Positions 45,394 through 59,637 of a DNA stretch of 64,000 bases are shown one piece after another. The stretch comes from Neocallimastix sp. 'constans' (taxonomy: Eukaryota). The position numbers were made by a program, and so were the translations under genes. The stretch is taken from assembly GCA_050613775.1 (NCBI GenBank), contig JBODTK010000158.1, positions 186,001 to 250,000 on the forward strand, in the 5' to 3' direction. The notes under the pieces are model-generated. The model searched no databases, had not been told where the DNA came from, and saw only the letters and a list, made by a program, of their open reading frames with translations. Position 1 is the stretch's first letter, and each line of letters opens with the position of its first letter.

Positions 45394-46927
45394 ATTATTT
45401 TCACAAAATTCATTGGTTGATTGGATTGTACATTATATATTATTTAAATTGTTCCATTTATTTTTTTTTTATCAAAAATAAATTTATTTTAATGAAAGTT
45501 AATTTATCAAAAATATATCATATAATGGTTTGTATTTATATATTTTTTTTTCTAACTTGAACTGGATATATTATTTTTTAATTATTAAAAATACAAAGTA
45601 ATAATTTTTTTTTCAAAGTATAAAAATTTTTTGCTAAATAATAATATACATTCAATAAGATTTACAAATTAAATTTTTTATATAGAAGTTTATTAATAAA
45701 AATTATTCATTATTAATTATTAGCTTTAATACTTCAAAGCTATTAATACTATTTTAACTTTATGATATGTTTAACAAATAATTAAATTTTTATATTGATA
45801 TATATTTATTTAAATATGCTATACTAATGAATATTGAGTATATTATTGATTATATATAAATAAAAATATAATATTTCTAAATATATTTAATAAATATTAA
45901 AATTCAAATATAGTTTTTAATAGTATTAATATTGAATTTTTTTTTTTACTCTTTGATTGTAGGTTTATGACTTTAATATAATAAAAAGATTATTATAATG
46001 AAACAATTATAAATTTTATACAAATTTTTTGAAATATATTAATATTTTTTTTTTGTTACTGTTATTATTAGCTTATAAGATAAATAATTATTCATATACC
46101 TATGACAATATTTAATATATAAACTTACTATTAAAAAAAAAAAAAAAAAAAAAAAAAAGGTTATATAATAATAATAGAAAAAACTTATAAATAATATTTT
46201 TCCAATAAAAGTAATAATAACAATATTACTATTATTATTATAATTATTACTATTATTAAATACTATCATTATTAAAATATTTTATTATTATAATTTCGAT
46301 GATTAAATATTATAAATATCATTGTTATTAGCATTATAAATATTATTATTAGGATTACCATTATTATTATAAATATTAATGACATTATTATTATTATTAT
46401 TATTATTATTATAAAATTTAATTATTTTCATTAACATTACTATTTGATAATTATTATATTTAATAATCTTTATTCTTATTGATTAAAAATTATTACTAAA
46501 TAAAAATGCTTTTTTTACTATTTTAAAAAATAATATATGATTTTTTATTAATTTTTCTTTCCTTAAGTTAATAATATTTATATATATTTGAAATTGCAAA
46601 TAACAGAAAAACTTGTATAATTATTTAATAGTGGTATTTAAATATTATATTTAAATGTTAGAAATATAAAATATATTCTTTTATAATGTATGTCATGGTC
46701 TTAAAATATATTTCACATAATTTTTATAATTAATCAATTAATATTTCAATTCATATCATATTGATAAAAATTGATTATTATTTATAAATATTTATTAATA
46801 TAATGTTGTAAAACAATTAAGTTATTTTCCTTTATTCATTTATTTACTTATGTATTTGTTTGTTTGTTTGTTTATTTATTATTTTTATCTTATACCATTC
46901 AATTTAAGTATCATCTTATCTGTTTTT

Positions 46928-47004
46928 CTATTATTATTGATATTTCTATTACTATTGATATTTCAATTATTACTGATATTTCTATTATTATTGATATTTC
47001 TATT
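46928..47004. repeat. 18-bp tandem repeat, about four copies
   Basis: CTATTATTATTGATATTT-like unit repeated. Confidence 0.8.
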
Positions 47005-47475
47005 ATATATTATATTATGTATAATTATATCTTCAATTACTGTATTATCATTAATTTACTATTATTGTTGTTATTTTCTATTAAAAATTTTTCGTCATTG
47101 TTATATTAATAATAATTATAAGCATTACATATATTTTCGAACTATAATTTGCTTTTAATAAAATTATTATTTATGTGTAACATACCTAACATACCTAATT
47201 AATAACCTAACCTTTTTGTTAATTATTAAAAACTAATAATTCATTAAATATTTTTATATTTCAATAAAGATAAATATAAATATGCAAAGTAAATATAAAA
47301 AAAAAAAGTTGAAAAAGTGAAAAAAAATAACTATATTTATAATAATTATTAAACGATTAGAGTATCAATATTGTAAATTACAATAATAGTAAACACTTAC
47401 ATAAATGTATATATTGATATTATTGATATCTTATCCATTGAAAAAAGGTAAAATATTTTATCAATTTTTATTTCC

Positions 47476-47506
<31 letters not shown>

Positions 47507-49114
47507 AAATGTCATCTATTATAATTGCTATATATATAATTTAAAGACTATATTAAAGATATTTTTAAAAAGTAACAATATTTTTAGTTATAATATTAAT
47601 TTTAATTGTAAATATCATATGTTCTTTTATTGATTTGAGTTAACAAAGTTTATATGCTTTTTTCTATATAAAAATATTTATTTTATTCAAAAGATAAGGT
47701 AAAATATAGTATCTATTTGTAATACTATTAAACGTACTCTAATTCATATATTATTTATTTTATTATTTAATACAAATGAGACCAATTAGAATTTTTTTTA
47801 TTTTTATATACATAAATGATATTGGATTAAAATGGTTATTATAATATATAATGATTTTAATTTTATATTTATATATAATAAATTCAAAATAATGAAATTA
47901 AAATAAATAACAAAAAAAGTATTTAATTATAAAGTTTTAAAAAATTAAAACATATATATTTTATTTTATTTAAAATTTACACTTTATTTATTAATATATA
48001 TGAATATACAAAAGAGCAGCTATTAAATATAAATTCTGTTAATTTGTTAATTATAAGAGAAATTAATTAAATATATTTTTTCTAATGAATTAAATATAAT
48101 AAATATAATTTGTTATTTATATAGATATACATTAGTAATTACTAAAACCTGTCTTAATAATTAAATATTTTATATAAAAAAATGATACTATATTAGACAA
48201 TGAAGTAAGTAATTTAAACCTCGAAAACTTTATTATAATATCTATTTATTATTAATAATTTAATGCATTAAATACTTTTGAATATAATTTAGAATATTAA
48301 TGCAAATATAAAAACAAATATAATGGAAGAAAAAAAAAAAATTAAAGTAATATTTGTTATTTAACAATTATTTTTTAGATGATGTTACACCGAAAGCTTA
48401 ATAATTTAAAAAATTTATAGATTAAAATAAATATTTTAAAATATTTTGAATGATACAAAATTAAGTATCTATAAATTTTTGTATATACTACTATATAAGA
48501 GTAACTACTATAACATTTATAATTTTATTTTGATATTAACTAATTTTTTTTTTAATTATAGTGTTAAATATTATAAATTAAATTATCTTATTATAATAAT
48601 TAGGAGATTAATAAATTTTATAACAGAAAGAAAGAACATTTCAAAAATAAAATAATTATAAATATTAAAGACTTCCTTGTAATATAATATATTATATTAT
48701 TGTATATTTAATTTTAAATATGTATATTTATATAAATATTCATATATAAATATATTTTTTAAAATATAATTCATAGAATTATAAATATTCATAAATAACT
48801 CTTTAAATATTTACCAATTTAAAGATTTTATCATATAATGTTAAAAATCTCAAAGTTTTGTTTTTATTTACTTTATTTAATTGTAATAAAAGAATTATTT
48901 TTTTTTAAAAGTATGCATTTAATGAATCATACATACCACAATACATTAAATACATTATTCAATATTAATTAAATAAAAAAGTCTTATAAAAAATAAAAAA
49001 AAAAAAAAAATTTTTAAGAAATTATTTGTATCATAAATTATATAAACTATATATTATTATTATATATCCTATTTATTTATAGTATACTCTTTAATATTTA
49101 AAATTATAATAAAA

Positions 49115-49160
<46 letters not shown>

Positions 49161-49208
<48 letters not shown>

Positions 49209-50100
49209 GCCGCAATTATTGCGAACTTTAAACTTTATTTATTAATTACATGAAAATTTTATATTATAAAAAACACTCAATTAATAAAAAAACAAAACAA
49301 AAAAATAAATATTATTTGTCCAATTTGAACATAATTATATTCAGAATAGTAATATAAAATAAAAGTAACATTCAAAATAAAGTATATAAATAAATTCAGA
49401 AAAAAGTCCATATGCAACGAACCTCACCCCTCCAGATTATAATATTTCTGTTTAAAGGGAATTCTTATTCCGGATTAGGATTTGAAGTGAAAATCTGAAA
49501 GAAATTATGGTCTTCTCCTTCAGAGGTATTAGCTCTGCTAGTCTGTCTTACTGCATTTTCAGCGTTGACGCTCTTGGTTAGTTGCGCTTATACCGTTGGA
49601 ATAGCAATACTTGTCAAGTACTAGCACTAGGCATAATTTCTGTATAGAGAGAAGCAGTTCACACCAATAGTGGCGTTCTAGAATAATCACCAGAAATGAT
49701 TTGACTATTAAGCAAAACATCTCATTCCTTTTATAATTTAAATCAATAATTTCTGCATCTCTTCCACCAAGAAGGAAGTTATATAATCGGTACCACGATG
49801 CACATATATATTTACACACCTATTATTTAGAAAATTACCAATATTAATAGTATTTTCATGTTTACTAATTTTATTTTCTGAACTATTATATTCAACATTC
49901 AAAATGCTTGAATTTTTCAAAATATTTCCATTATTATTGACATTATTTTCAAAATTATAATTAGTAAAATTACACATATTTAAATAATTGTTATATTGAA
50001 TAATTATATTCATATACTTTTGATAATTTTTATTATAAGTAGAATCAAAATTTTTAATAGGTAAATTATATCTAATAATCTTTTGTTATTTTTTAGTTGA
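49161..50100 (-). mobile_element. 3' end of a related LINE with A45 tail abutting (TAA)n
   Basis: YNFLLGG...TPLLV*TASLYTEIMPSAS...LDKYC aligns with the C-terminus of the 14755 ORF (YLFLLGG...VPKIVGLAELLTSAIPIISS...FDRYC). T45 at 49161-49205 on the plus strand. The 5' boundary is uncertain. Confidence 0.78.
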
Positions 50101-51130
50101 TTTCATTTAAACTTTCTAATAATTTATTCAGTTTATTGTTTGATTTATTCATTTTATCTAAAAATAATCCAATTAAATACTTTTCTGTTATGATAGATTT
50201 TTCATTTTCAAAAAACAGGTTAACTATTGTTCACATTTGAAATATTATTATTGTTTTCCCTTGTTATTTCATTATTAAGGATATTATCATTCATATCTAA
50301 ATCCTTGTAGTTGTTATTATTAACATTTATTAGTACCATAAATATTATTAATAGAATACTCCTTTAAATCATTATGAATATAGTTCTCTTTATGAAAAAT
50401 GTTTGTGTCTCATGGTTTCTTTATCGTTTTCGGCCTTTATGTTTTTTTAATCTTCTGAAGAGTTTTAATAATTCATTTATTTCTTCTTCATGATATTTAT
50501 TTTTGAGTACTTCTAATATTAAGTATACTGAATTCTTTTCTTCCTTTTTTACTTAAGATAAAGAATTTTATTTACGGATCTATTGATTTTCCTAAAAAGC
50601 TTAGAACTTTAGAATTGTTCATTTTGAATTCTTTACTTTGTCTTTCACCTTCCTCGGATAAAGGTACCTCTTCCCTAGTCATTTTTTTTTTTTTTTTATA
50701 ATATTATCTATATTTTTTTCCGTATACTTTTTTAATACAGCGCCTTGGAGTTCTAATATGAAATCTTCTAATCATTCATTGTAGTTGTCCTCCATTAATA
50801 TTCTATTCTATTTAAAATTAATTCAGTCATTTCGATTTTATAGAAATATTTATATATTACTAGTATTATTTATTAAACTATTATATATTAATTACTAATT
50901 ACTAATTACTAATTACAAAATTATACAAGAAATATTAAAATATAAATTTCTTAATTCGGAATACGTTTCATATTTATGTATGTGTATATTCAAGGGTCTT
51001 TAATCTTGAATATTCAAATTATACTAAATTACTAAATTTCCTTATTAACTTAGTATTCTAAATCTCAACACAAACTTATAGAGTCAAATGAGACTCTTAA
51101 TCTGTTAAAAATCTCAATGTTTTGTTTATT
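50100..51130 (-). mobile_element. Ty1/copia 5' relic: LTR stub (from 51103), PBS (51088-51102), leader and decayed gag
   Basis: Minus strand ...TTTTAACA|GATTAAGAGTCTCATTTGACTCTA. About 290 bp downstream, MEDNYNE*LEDFILELQGAVLKKYTEKNI resembles the copia gag NYxxW motif. Confidence 0.7.
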
Positions 51131-51323
51131 TACTAAGTTTATTTAATTGAAGTTTACTTCAATTAAATAAACTTGACATGCTTTTTTAATATTATATAAT
51201 ATAATGATATTTATATATATATAATACATTTAATGAATTATACATATTTTACATATTTCAATAAATTAAATACATGGTTTAATAATAGTTAAATAAAAGA
51301 GACTTAGAGAAAATAAAATAAAA

Positions 51324-51376
<53 letters not shown>

Positions 51377-52347
51377 AAAACTAAATTATTTATATTATAA
51401 ACTATATAAAATATATGTTATTATAATATATCTATTTAATTGTAATATGCTATTTAATATATAAAATTACAATAAAAGTATTCATTAAATTGCTAATTAA
51501 ATTGTAAACTAAAAAAACTAAAATTTAAACATTTAATATAAAAATTGTTTTTAAATCAATTTAAATATTTTATTATTAATACATAAAATATTTTTAAATA
51601 ATAAAAATAGTAATGCTAATAAAAGTAAAAATAAATAATAATAATATTTAATAAAGTAATAATTTTTTTTAACATAAACTTTTAGTTTTTAATTATAAAA
51701 ATCAATATTTATATATAATATTTATATTTATTAATATAAGAAATATTTTTTAATTTTTTATTTCTAAAAAATAAACATAAAAAAAATAAAATCAAAATTT
51801 AATATATTTTATAAAAAGAAATTCATTACTTTATTAAATTTTATTCATATATGTAAAGTAAGATAAATATAATAATAGAAACCTTTTAAAATAATTGTTT
51901 ATTAGAAATTATTATATTATATAATGGACGATACATTTAATTATAAAATATTCACTTATTTATATATTTATTACATTTTTAATTTATTTTAAATTCAATA
52001 TTTATTATTATTAAATATATATGTTATTGTCATATCATTAAAATTAAAGTTAATATTTTTAATTTTGATTAAATTCTTTCAAAATATTTTATTATTAAAT
52101 TATTATCTTTTTTAAATAAATTAAAAAAGTATAAAATATAAAATACAATAAAAAATAAAAAATAAAAAATAAAAAATAAAAAATAAAAATTAAAAAATAA
52201 AAAATAAAAATTAAAAAATAAAAAATAAAAATTAAAAAATAAAAAATAAAAAATAAAAAATAAAAATTAAAAAATAAAAAATAAAAAATAAAAAATAAAA
52301 AATAAATATATATTTTTTTTTTTAAATTAAAAATTCAATAATACAAG

Positions 52348-53642
52348 ATGTTCTTCCAAAACGTTCCAATTTCCCAAATTATGTTTAACAAATATGATAC
52401 TGATCATAGCGGTCATATCACTATTGAAGAATTTAGATCAATGTCTTATGATTTAGGTTATTATCTTTCTGATACTGAACTTGACCTTGCAGTAAAAACT
52501 CTTGACAAAACTGGATCTGGCAAAATTAATTATAATGATTGTAATTAATAAATAAAGAAATTTAAAACCTTATATGTTTATATATTAATAATTCGTTATA
52601 CATTTATATATAGCTTTTTAAAATATGATTTTAAAATATAAGAAAATTTAAATTTTTAAAGAATGTATATTATGTATTATTTAATTTATTATTATTATTA
52701 TTTTAATAATAACCAAACAATAAACCAAAAACAAAAAACCAAAAAATAAAAAAAAAAAAAAATAAATAAAACAAAGCAAAAACAAATAAGCAAACAAATA
52801 AGCAAACAAATAAACAAATAAACAAACAAACATACATACAAACAAAAAACAAGCAAACAAACAAAAAAAAAAATAAAAAAAAAATAAAATTACAAAAACA
52901 TTTACATGCTTTTAATTTGTTTTTAATTTGTTTTATTTGTTAATTTTTTATAAGATCTTTATCTTTATTCATTTAAAATATGCATAAAATTTTTTACTTA
53001 TATATAAATTAACATATATATTTTTAGTTCAATCTTGGTGGAAATCTTCAGATCGTTGGAATAAAGTTAAATTAACTGACGAAAATATGACACTTCTTTC
53101 TGCCCTTAGTGGACAATTCCAACTTTTCGATAAGAATAAAAGTGGATCAATTAACAAAGATGTTAGAATTATAGAAAATAACAAAAATAATCATATATAT
53201 TAATTCATTTTATAATTATAATTATAATTATAATTATAATTATTATTATTATTATTATTACTTAAATTTATTAATAATTTATAATAATTTATTCAAAAAT
53301 GCTTAAATATGTATTTTCATTAATAGGAATTTAAGAATTTCTGGACTGAAGTTACTAAAAGTAAAAAGGTTTCTGAAGTTGAAGAAAGAGAAATATTTGA
53401 ACAATTAGATAGTAATAAAGATAAACAAATTACTTTTAATGAATGTAAGTTAAATAAAAGATAGTTGTATATAAGTTTATAATTTATTTATATCTTTTTT
53501 TATGTTATTAATATCACTAGTATTTTGATTTTTAAACAAATTACACATTTTTTTTTTTTAATTATTATTATATATATTTTAATAATAATAATTTATTTAA
53601 TAAATTATTAAATATTAATATTTATTTTTATAATTATTTAAT

Positions 53643-53683
<41 letters not shown>

Positions 53684-53778
53684 TTTGTTATTGATCTTCT
53701 ATATTTTCTATTAATCAAAAAGTTGTCGATTACGTTTCTTCCAAGTATGAAGGAGATCTTTCAAAATATTTTCAATAA
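52348..53778 (+). CDS. Calmodulin-like four-EF-hand calcium-binding protein (166 aa, 4 exons)
   Basis: Exons 52348-52540, 53028-53161, 53327-53444 and 53723-53778 splice in frame (501 nt, GT-AG). Loops DTDHSGHITIEE, DKTGSGKINYND, DKNKSGSINKDE and DSNKDKQITFNE. Confidence 0.92.
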
Positions 53779-53871
53779 ATGAATTAAAATCAAAACTATA
53801 AAGCAATAATTAAACCATTTTCATAATTTATGGGCAAAAGTTTTATTTTATTATAATTTTAAATATCAATC

Positions 53872-53905
<34 letters not shown>

Positions 53906-54584
53906 AGAGAAAAAAACAAAGTTTATTACTTTATTATTTTAGAATATACATATATATAATATAGTTAAAAGATAAAAAGTAAATAATAATAATAATAATA
54001 ATATATATATATATTTAAATACATATGTAATTAATAATTAAGTAAATAAACTGTTGAATTAATAATATAATAAATGAAATATTATGATGGTGTCAGTATA
54101 TACATATGCAATAAATTTTATTTTTATTTTTATTTTTATTTTCATTTTTATTATCATTTTTATAATTATATTCATTTTTATTTATTTTAAATTTTATTGT
54201 ATTTCATTTTATTTCTATTTATTAGAATAAAATATTAACTTTTAAAATCAAACAATATAATCATATATTTCTAAATTCTAATTTTAAATATTAAATAAGC
54301 AATAAAAATTAAATCGGTAAAAATGACAAATTTTATTTTTAATATTGCAATAATAATTAACAAAAAAAATATGAAAAACTAATAATGATTAATATTTAAT
54401 ATCTAAAAATTAATAATGCTAATATAAAAAAATATAAATAACATTTAAAATAATTATTTTTACTAATGTGATAATAAAAGTAATCTATTATCTATTGATA
54501 TTAAATTAGTTATAAATAAATAAATAAATAAATAATAGTAAATAATATAATAAAATATAAAAATTAAACATGTGATAATAATAA

Positions 54585-54928
54585 TGATATAAAACAAATA
54601 TGTGTAGCATATTTGTATATTTAATAATAATTATTAATAATTATTAAATATTAAATTTATATCTTTTTGATAATAATTATAATACTTTAATTCATATAAA
54701 ATTAATATAGTTCTATAGATTAGAATATACAATTAATATATTACCTATTTCTTATAAATAGATTAAATTATTTATATTGGAAATAGGGAACTCTCTTGTA
54801 AATTTTTAGGAATTAGAATTATTATTTTAATTGTACGAATATTATAATTTTATTAATAAAATTTACTAAACTACCATTTTAAAAACCCACTGCTTATAAA
54901 TTATTGTACATAAAAGTTCCGCATATCA
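54585..54928. mobile_element. Solo LTR, copy 2 (344 bp, 4-bp TSD ATAA)
   Basis: TGATAT...ATATCA flanked by ATAA on both sides; collinear with 22882-23260. Confidence 0.85.
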
Positions 54929-57900
54929 ATAATATATTTTATTATGTTTTGGTAAAATTCGAGTAATATAATATTAAATTTTTAATTATTTTTATAATTA
55001 TACATTTACTATCATGTAATAATAAAAATAATAAATACATAAATAAATAAATAAATAAATAAATAATAAATTAATAAATAAAAAAGTATAATATAATAAA
55101 ATATAATAAAAAACTACTTTTATTAATATAATGATGAATGTACATCTAATGATACTACACTACCTTTTTCCTGATAATTAAAACAATATTATTATTATTA
55201 TTATTATTATATTAATAATAGAATTAACAGATATTATTGAAATGTAAATGTGCTTGTGAATATTCAAATCTTTAATCTACAAGTCCAATTAGAAAATTAT
55301 TTATGTTTAAAATATATATATATATTTTAATTGTGGCTAAATTAATATAACATAATATAGCAATAAAAAATTATAATAAAAAAATAAAAAAAAATTTTTT
55401 TTTTTGATAATTATATTCCATTATTTATTAAAAGGAGCAAAAAATTATCACTAAATAGTATATTAAACAAAAATTTTTAATATTTAATTGTTTCTTTTAT
55501 ATTAAAAAGGAATAAGCACAGAGAGATAAATAATTTAGATGTGATATAAAGAGTAATTGCATATATATATATAAGTATATAAATACATTTATTTGTTATT
55601 GATAATTTAATTAATTATTATTAAATAGATAAAAAGAATTAAATATAAAACTTATTTATTTTAAATATAAAACTAGTTAATACATATTAAATTAATAAAT
55701 CCTTACTATTTCAATTTTTATTTAAATAACTATTGAATATTTAAAATAATAATATCCTTGGGAAGTTTATATAAAATACCATGTAAACCATGTATTAAAT
55801 TAATATAATATTTATTTTTCTATTTATAAAAATGTTTTTTTTTTTTTTAAAAAAAAAAATTAATATTAAAAATTAGTATATATTAATTCAAGAACAAAAA
55901 TCTTTTAATTTATTTAAGAGTATTTTAATATTTTAAATTATTTTTAATAATTTAAAATAATATATATATATATATGAATGAATATTAATTTATAATGAAA
56001 AAATTTAATATATCTTATTATAATTTAATATAAATACAGCTTTGATGAATTCTATATTAATTTAAATTGACCAATAATATAGAAGTGTAAAATAAAATAA
56101 AAAAAAGGAAAAAAAAAAAAGGAAAATTTTAATAAAAAAAAAAAAAAAAAACTTTAAAATATTTAAAATAATTATATTACTATTAATTTTTTTAATATAT
56201 TAAATATTAAAAGGTTGTATGTTTTTGTAAAATAAATTAAGAAAAAAAAAAAAATAAAATAAAATAAAAAGGATTGATAATTCCTATAACTTTTTTTTTT
56301 ATATTATTATGACTTCTATATATTTAAAAAATAAAGAAGAAACTTCATTATATTTAAAAAATAAGAATAATGATGATATTTTTTTTTTAAAAAAAAGAAA
56401 ATATATTTGGTTTAATTATATAATATATAAAACATTATTTGATAATAAAAATTTTTGATGTAACAAAAAATTATAGGTATTAAATTACATTAAATATTAT
56501 ATAAAGTTTATAAATTTATACATGTTCTATTTCAAATAGCAAATATAATTAAAATAGTTTTTCTGTAACTATAAAAATTTTAAAAAAATTTTTTTAACAA
56601 ATAGTAATAATAATAAAACAATAAAATATTAAATAATAAGTAACGAAATTATAAATAAAAGAAATAATTAATTGCAAATGAATAATAAAATAATAAATAA
56701 TAACTATTAAATAATAAAGCATAATATATAATTAATCGTATTGATATCTAATTAAATATTTAATAATTATTTATTTTTCCATTTTTGTTCTTGTTTTTTA
56801 CTATATTTTGCTCTTATTTCAGTATGAAATAAATAATAGAAAAAATAAGGATTAAGAGATTTATTAATTATTATTTTGTATTTTATAAAAATTTTATAAA
56901 AATTCAATAGAATTTCAAAAAATTTAAATTGTTATGGGTAGTAATTTTTGAATAAATAAATAGATAATAATAATAAAATATAAAACGTTAAAGATTATTT
57001 AATATTTTTTTTATTTATTTCTATTCTCTCTAAATATTTATTGATAATTAGAAGAATAAAAAAAAAAACTTATATTTAAAAAAATAATTAATATTAATAA
57101 TTATTATTGATTATATATAAAAAAAAATTGTTTATTCATTTTCACTTTTTAATAATTTTCAAAGATAATATTTTATCACAAGTAATCAAATATAATTAAT
57201 AAATGTTTTTATTAGTTTATACTATGTCTATTACTATTAATTTTTATAATCATTAATATATATATTTTTTTTATTTTTTCAATAATACTATTTCTACTTC
57301 TTTCACAATGAATATTACTTTTAGTTAATTATAATTTCGTATCAATATTTTTTTATAATATGAATATCTTTTTTAATAAATTTATTATACTTTTTTCTTG
57401 TTAAAACTTTTTTAGTTATTTCAATGATCTATTATCATTTATTGAAGAAAGAAAAATCAATTTTAAATAAAAAAAAAAGATACAAAATATTATTGGAATT
57501 ATTATGGAATAATTTATTTTTAAAAAGAAAAATTATAATAATTAAAATTAATATAGAATATTATTATTTTATTTATTAATATTATATCATACGATATAGA
57601 AAATAGTGTAACAATACTAAAAATTATAAATTTAATAATTAAATATTACAATATACATTAATATATAATTTATGTTGTTTATAAAAAAAAATTTTTTTAA
57701 TTATAGAAAATTTCCTTTAAAAGAAAAATATAATGGCAAATATTAAATTTTTTATTACATAATTAAAAATTATTATTTATCATTATTAGTACTAATTATA
57801 TTAATTTATATATTTATATTGCTATTTCATTAGTTAAATAAGTACAAATGAACAAATGAATGAAAAATTAAAGTATAAAAATTAAAGATTAAAAAAAAAA

Positions 57901-59637
57901 TTTTTACTTGATTATTTTGAATGTATATGTATATTTGTATATATAATTTCTTTTATATAAAAAAATTGTTAATTATAGATTAACAATGAATATATTGAAA
58001 AGGAATTAATTAAATAAATTTCTACATCTTTTAAAATACATTTTTAATCTATTATAAATAATTAAATTTTAAAAAAATGAATAATAATAGTAATAAATAT
58101 TCCTATTTTATCATTTACCATCATTATAATATCTTAACAAATATATATTATTAATGAATTTAAATAATAATAAAATATATATATGAAAAGAAAGACAAAA
58201 AAAATTTTTTTTATTATTTAGATTATATTTAAATGAAGTGTTAAGAATAAGATTATAATATATTTATAATATATTTTACATATTATAATTTTGTGATTTA
58301 TATGAATTATTTAGAATAATATATGTTATAATAATTTATTAAATATACAAAAAATTTTTAAAATTTCCTAAAACGGTATATTTATAATAATTAATAAAAT
58401 GAAGATATATTTAATATTAATTATTTTTATTTTGATTAATAGAAAGTACCACATATTTATATTCTTTTAAATAATTTATTTATATTGATATATATATTAT
58501 ATATATTATTTATTCCAAATTAGTATTTTTTTTTTAATATTTAGAGTTATTAATCAATAAAATATATATATGAATTAATTAAATAATACTTATTATATAT
58601 TACAATATATCAAAAGTTTTGTTTTTTTTCCAAATTTTATTTATTATGATTATAATCTTATATAAATTGTATAATTGATATATATTGTATTATATGATAA
58701 TTTTATTTTTTTTTTATTTTTTTTTTATTTTTTTTTTCTTTTTTTTTCATAAAATTATAAAGGTCTATTTTAAATTCATTCACTTTATATGTTTATATAG
58801 ATTAAAAAAGCAATCTTTATATCTATAATAGACATATGAATATTATTTTAAAATAACAATGAAAATAATTATATATTAAATTAATTATAATATTATTTCA
58901 TTAAAAGTTTTAGAATTTTTTTTTTTCTAGGAAAAATTAAAAATTATATATTTTTTTTAAAAAAAAGTAAAAAAATTAATCGATTTTATATAAAAGAAAA
59001 ATAAACATTTATTAAAATAATATCCATAAACAATATTAATAAATTTTTCATTTTGAAATCCAAATTTATAAATAATAATTAAAATGATTATAAATCTTGA
59101 ATAAATAGTAATAGTAAGTTTTTTTTTTATTTAGTATATTTTGATTGTGCATAACATAATAATTAATTATCCTTTTGACTAAAATAATAATTAAATTATA
59201 TATATATATATTTTTTTTATATTTTAATTTAAACATATTTATTTGAAATAGCAAAATAAAAATAAATAAATAAATAAATAAATAAAGAATATATAAATAA
59301 ATATTTTAATTCTAATAAAACAACTAATAATAATAAATAATAGAAATATTTCTATATATATTATATCGATATAGAAGTATAGATTAAAAATTAATTTAAC
59401 TATTAAATATATCAGTATAAGACAATATTTTTTAACATATATTATAAATTGAGAATAAGAAACAATATAAATTATTATGAGTATAAATTAATTTATTTTT
59501 TTTTAAAAAAAAAAATATAAATATATATTTAATAAGATTATAAATTTATTAAAGTAAAAATTCTATAGAAATTTATATAAACAAAATAAAAATTAATTAT
59601 TGAATAGAAAAAAGTATTCTTAATTTTTATTAAAAAG

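Noticed and set aside
51079..51104. tRNA-Lys gene or tRNA-derived SINE
   Set aside because: Only the anticodon-arm portion is present, with no acceptor stem or T-arm/B box, and it always abuts an LTR-like terminus. It is better explained as a PBS.
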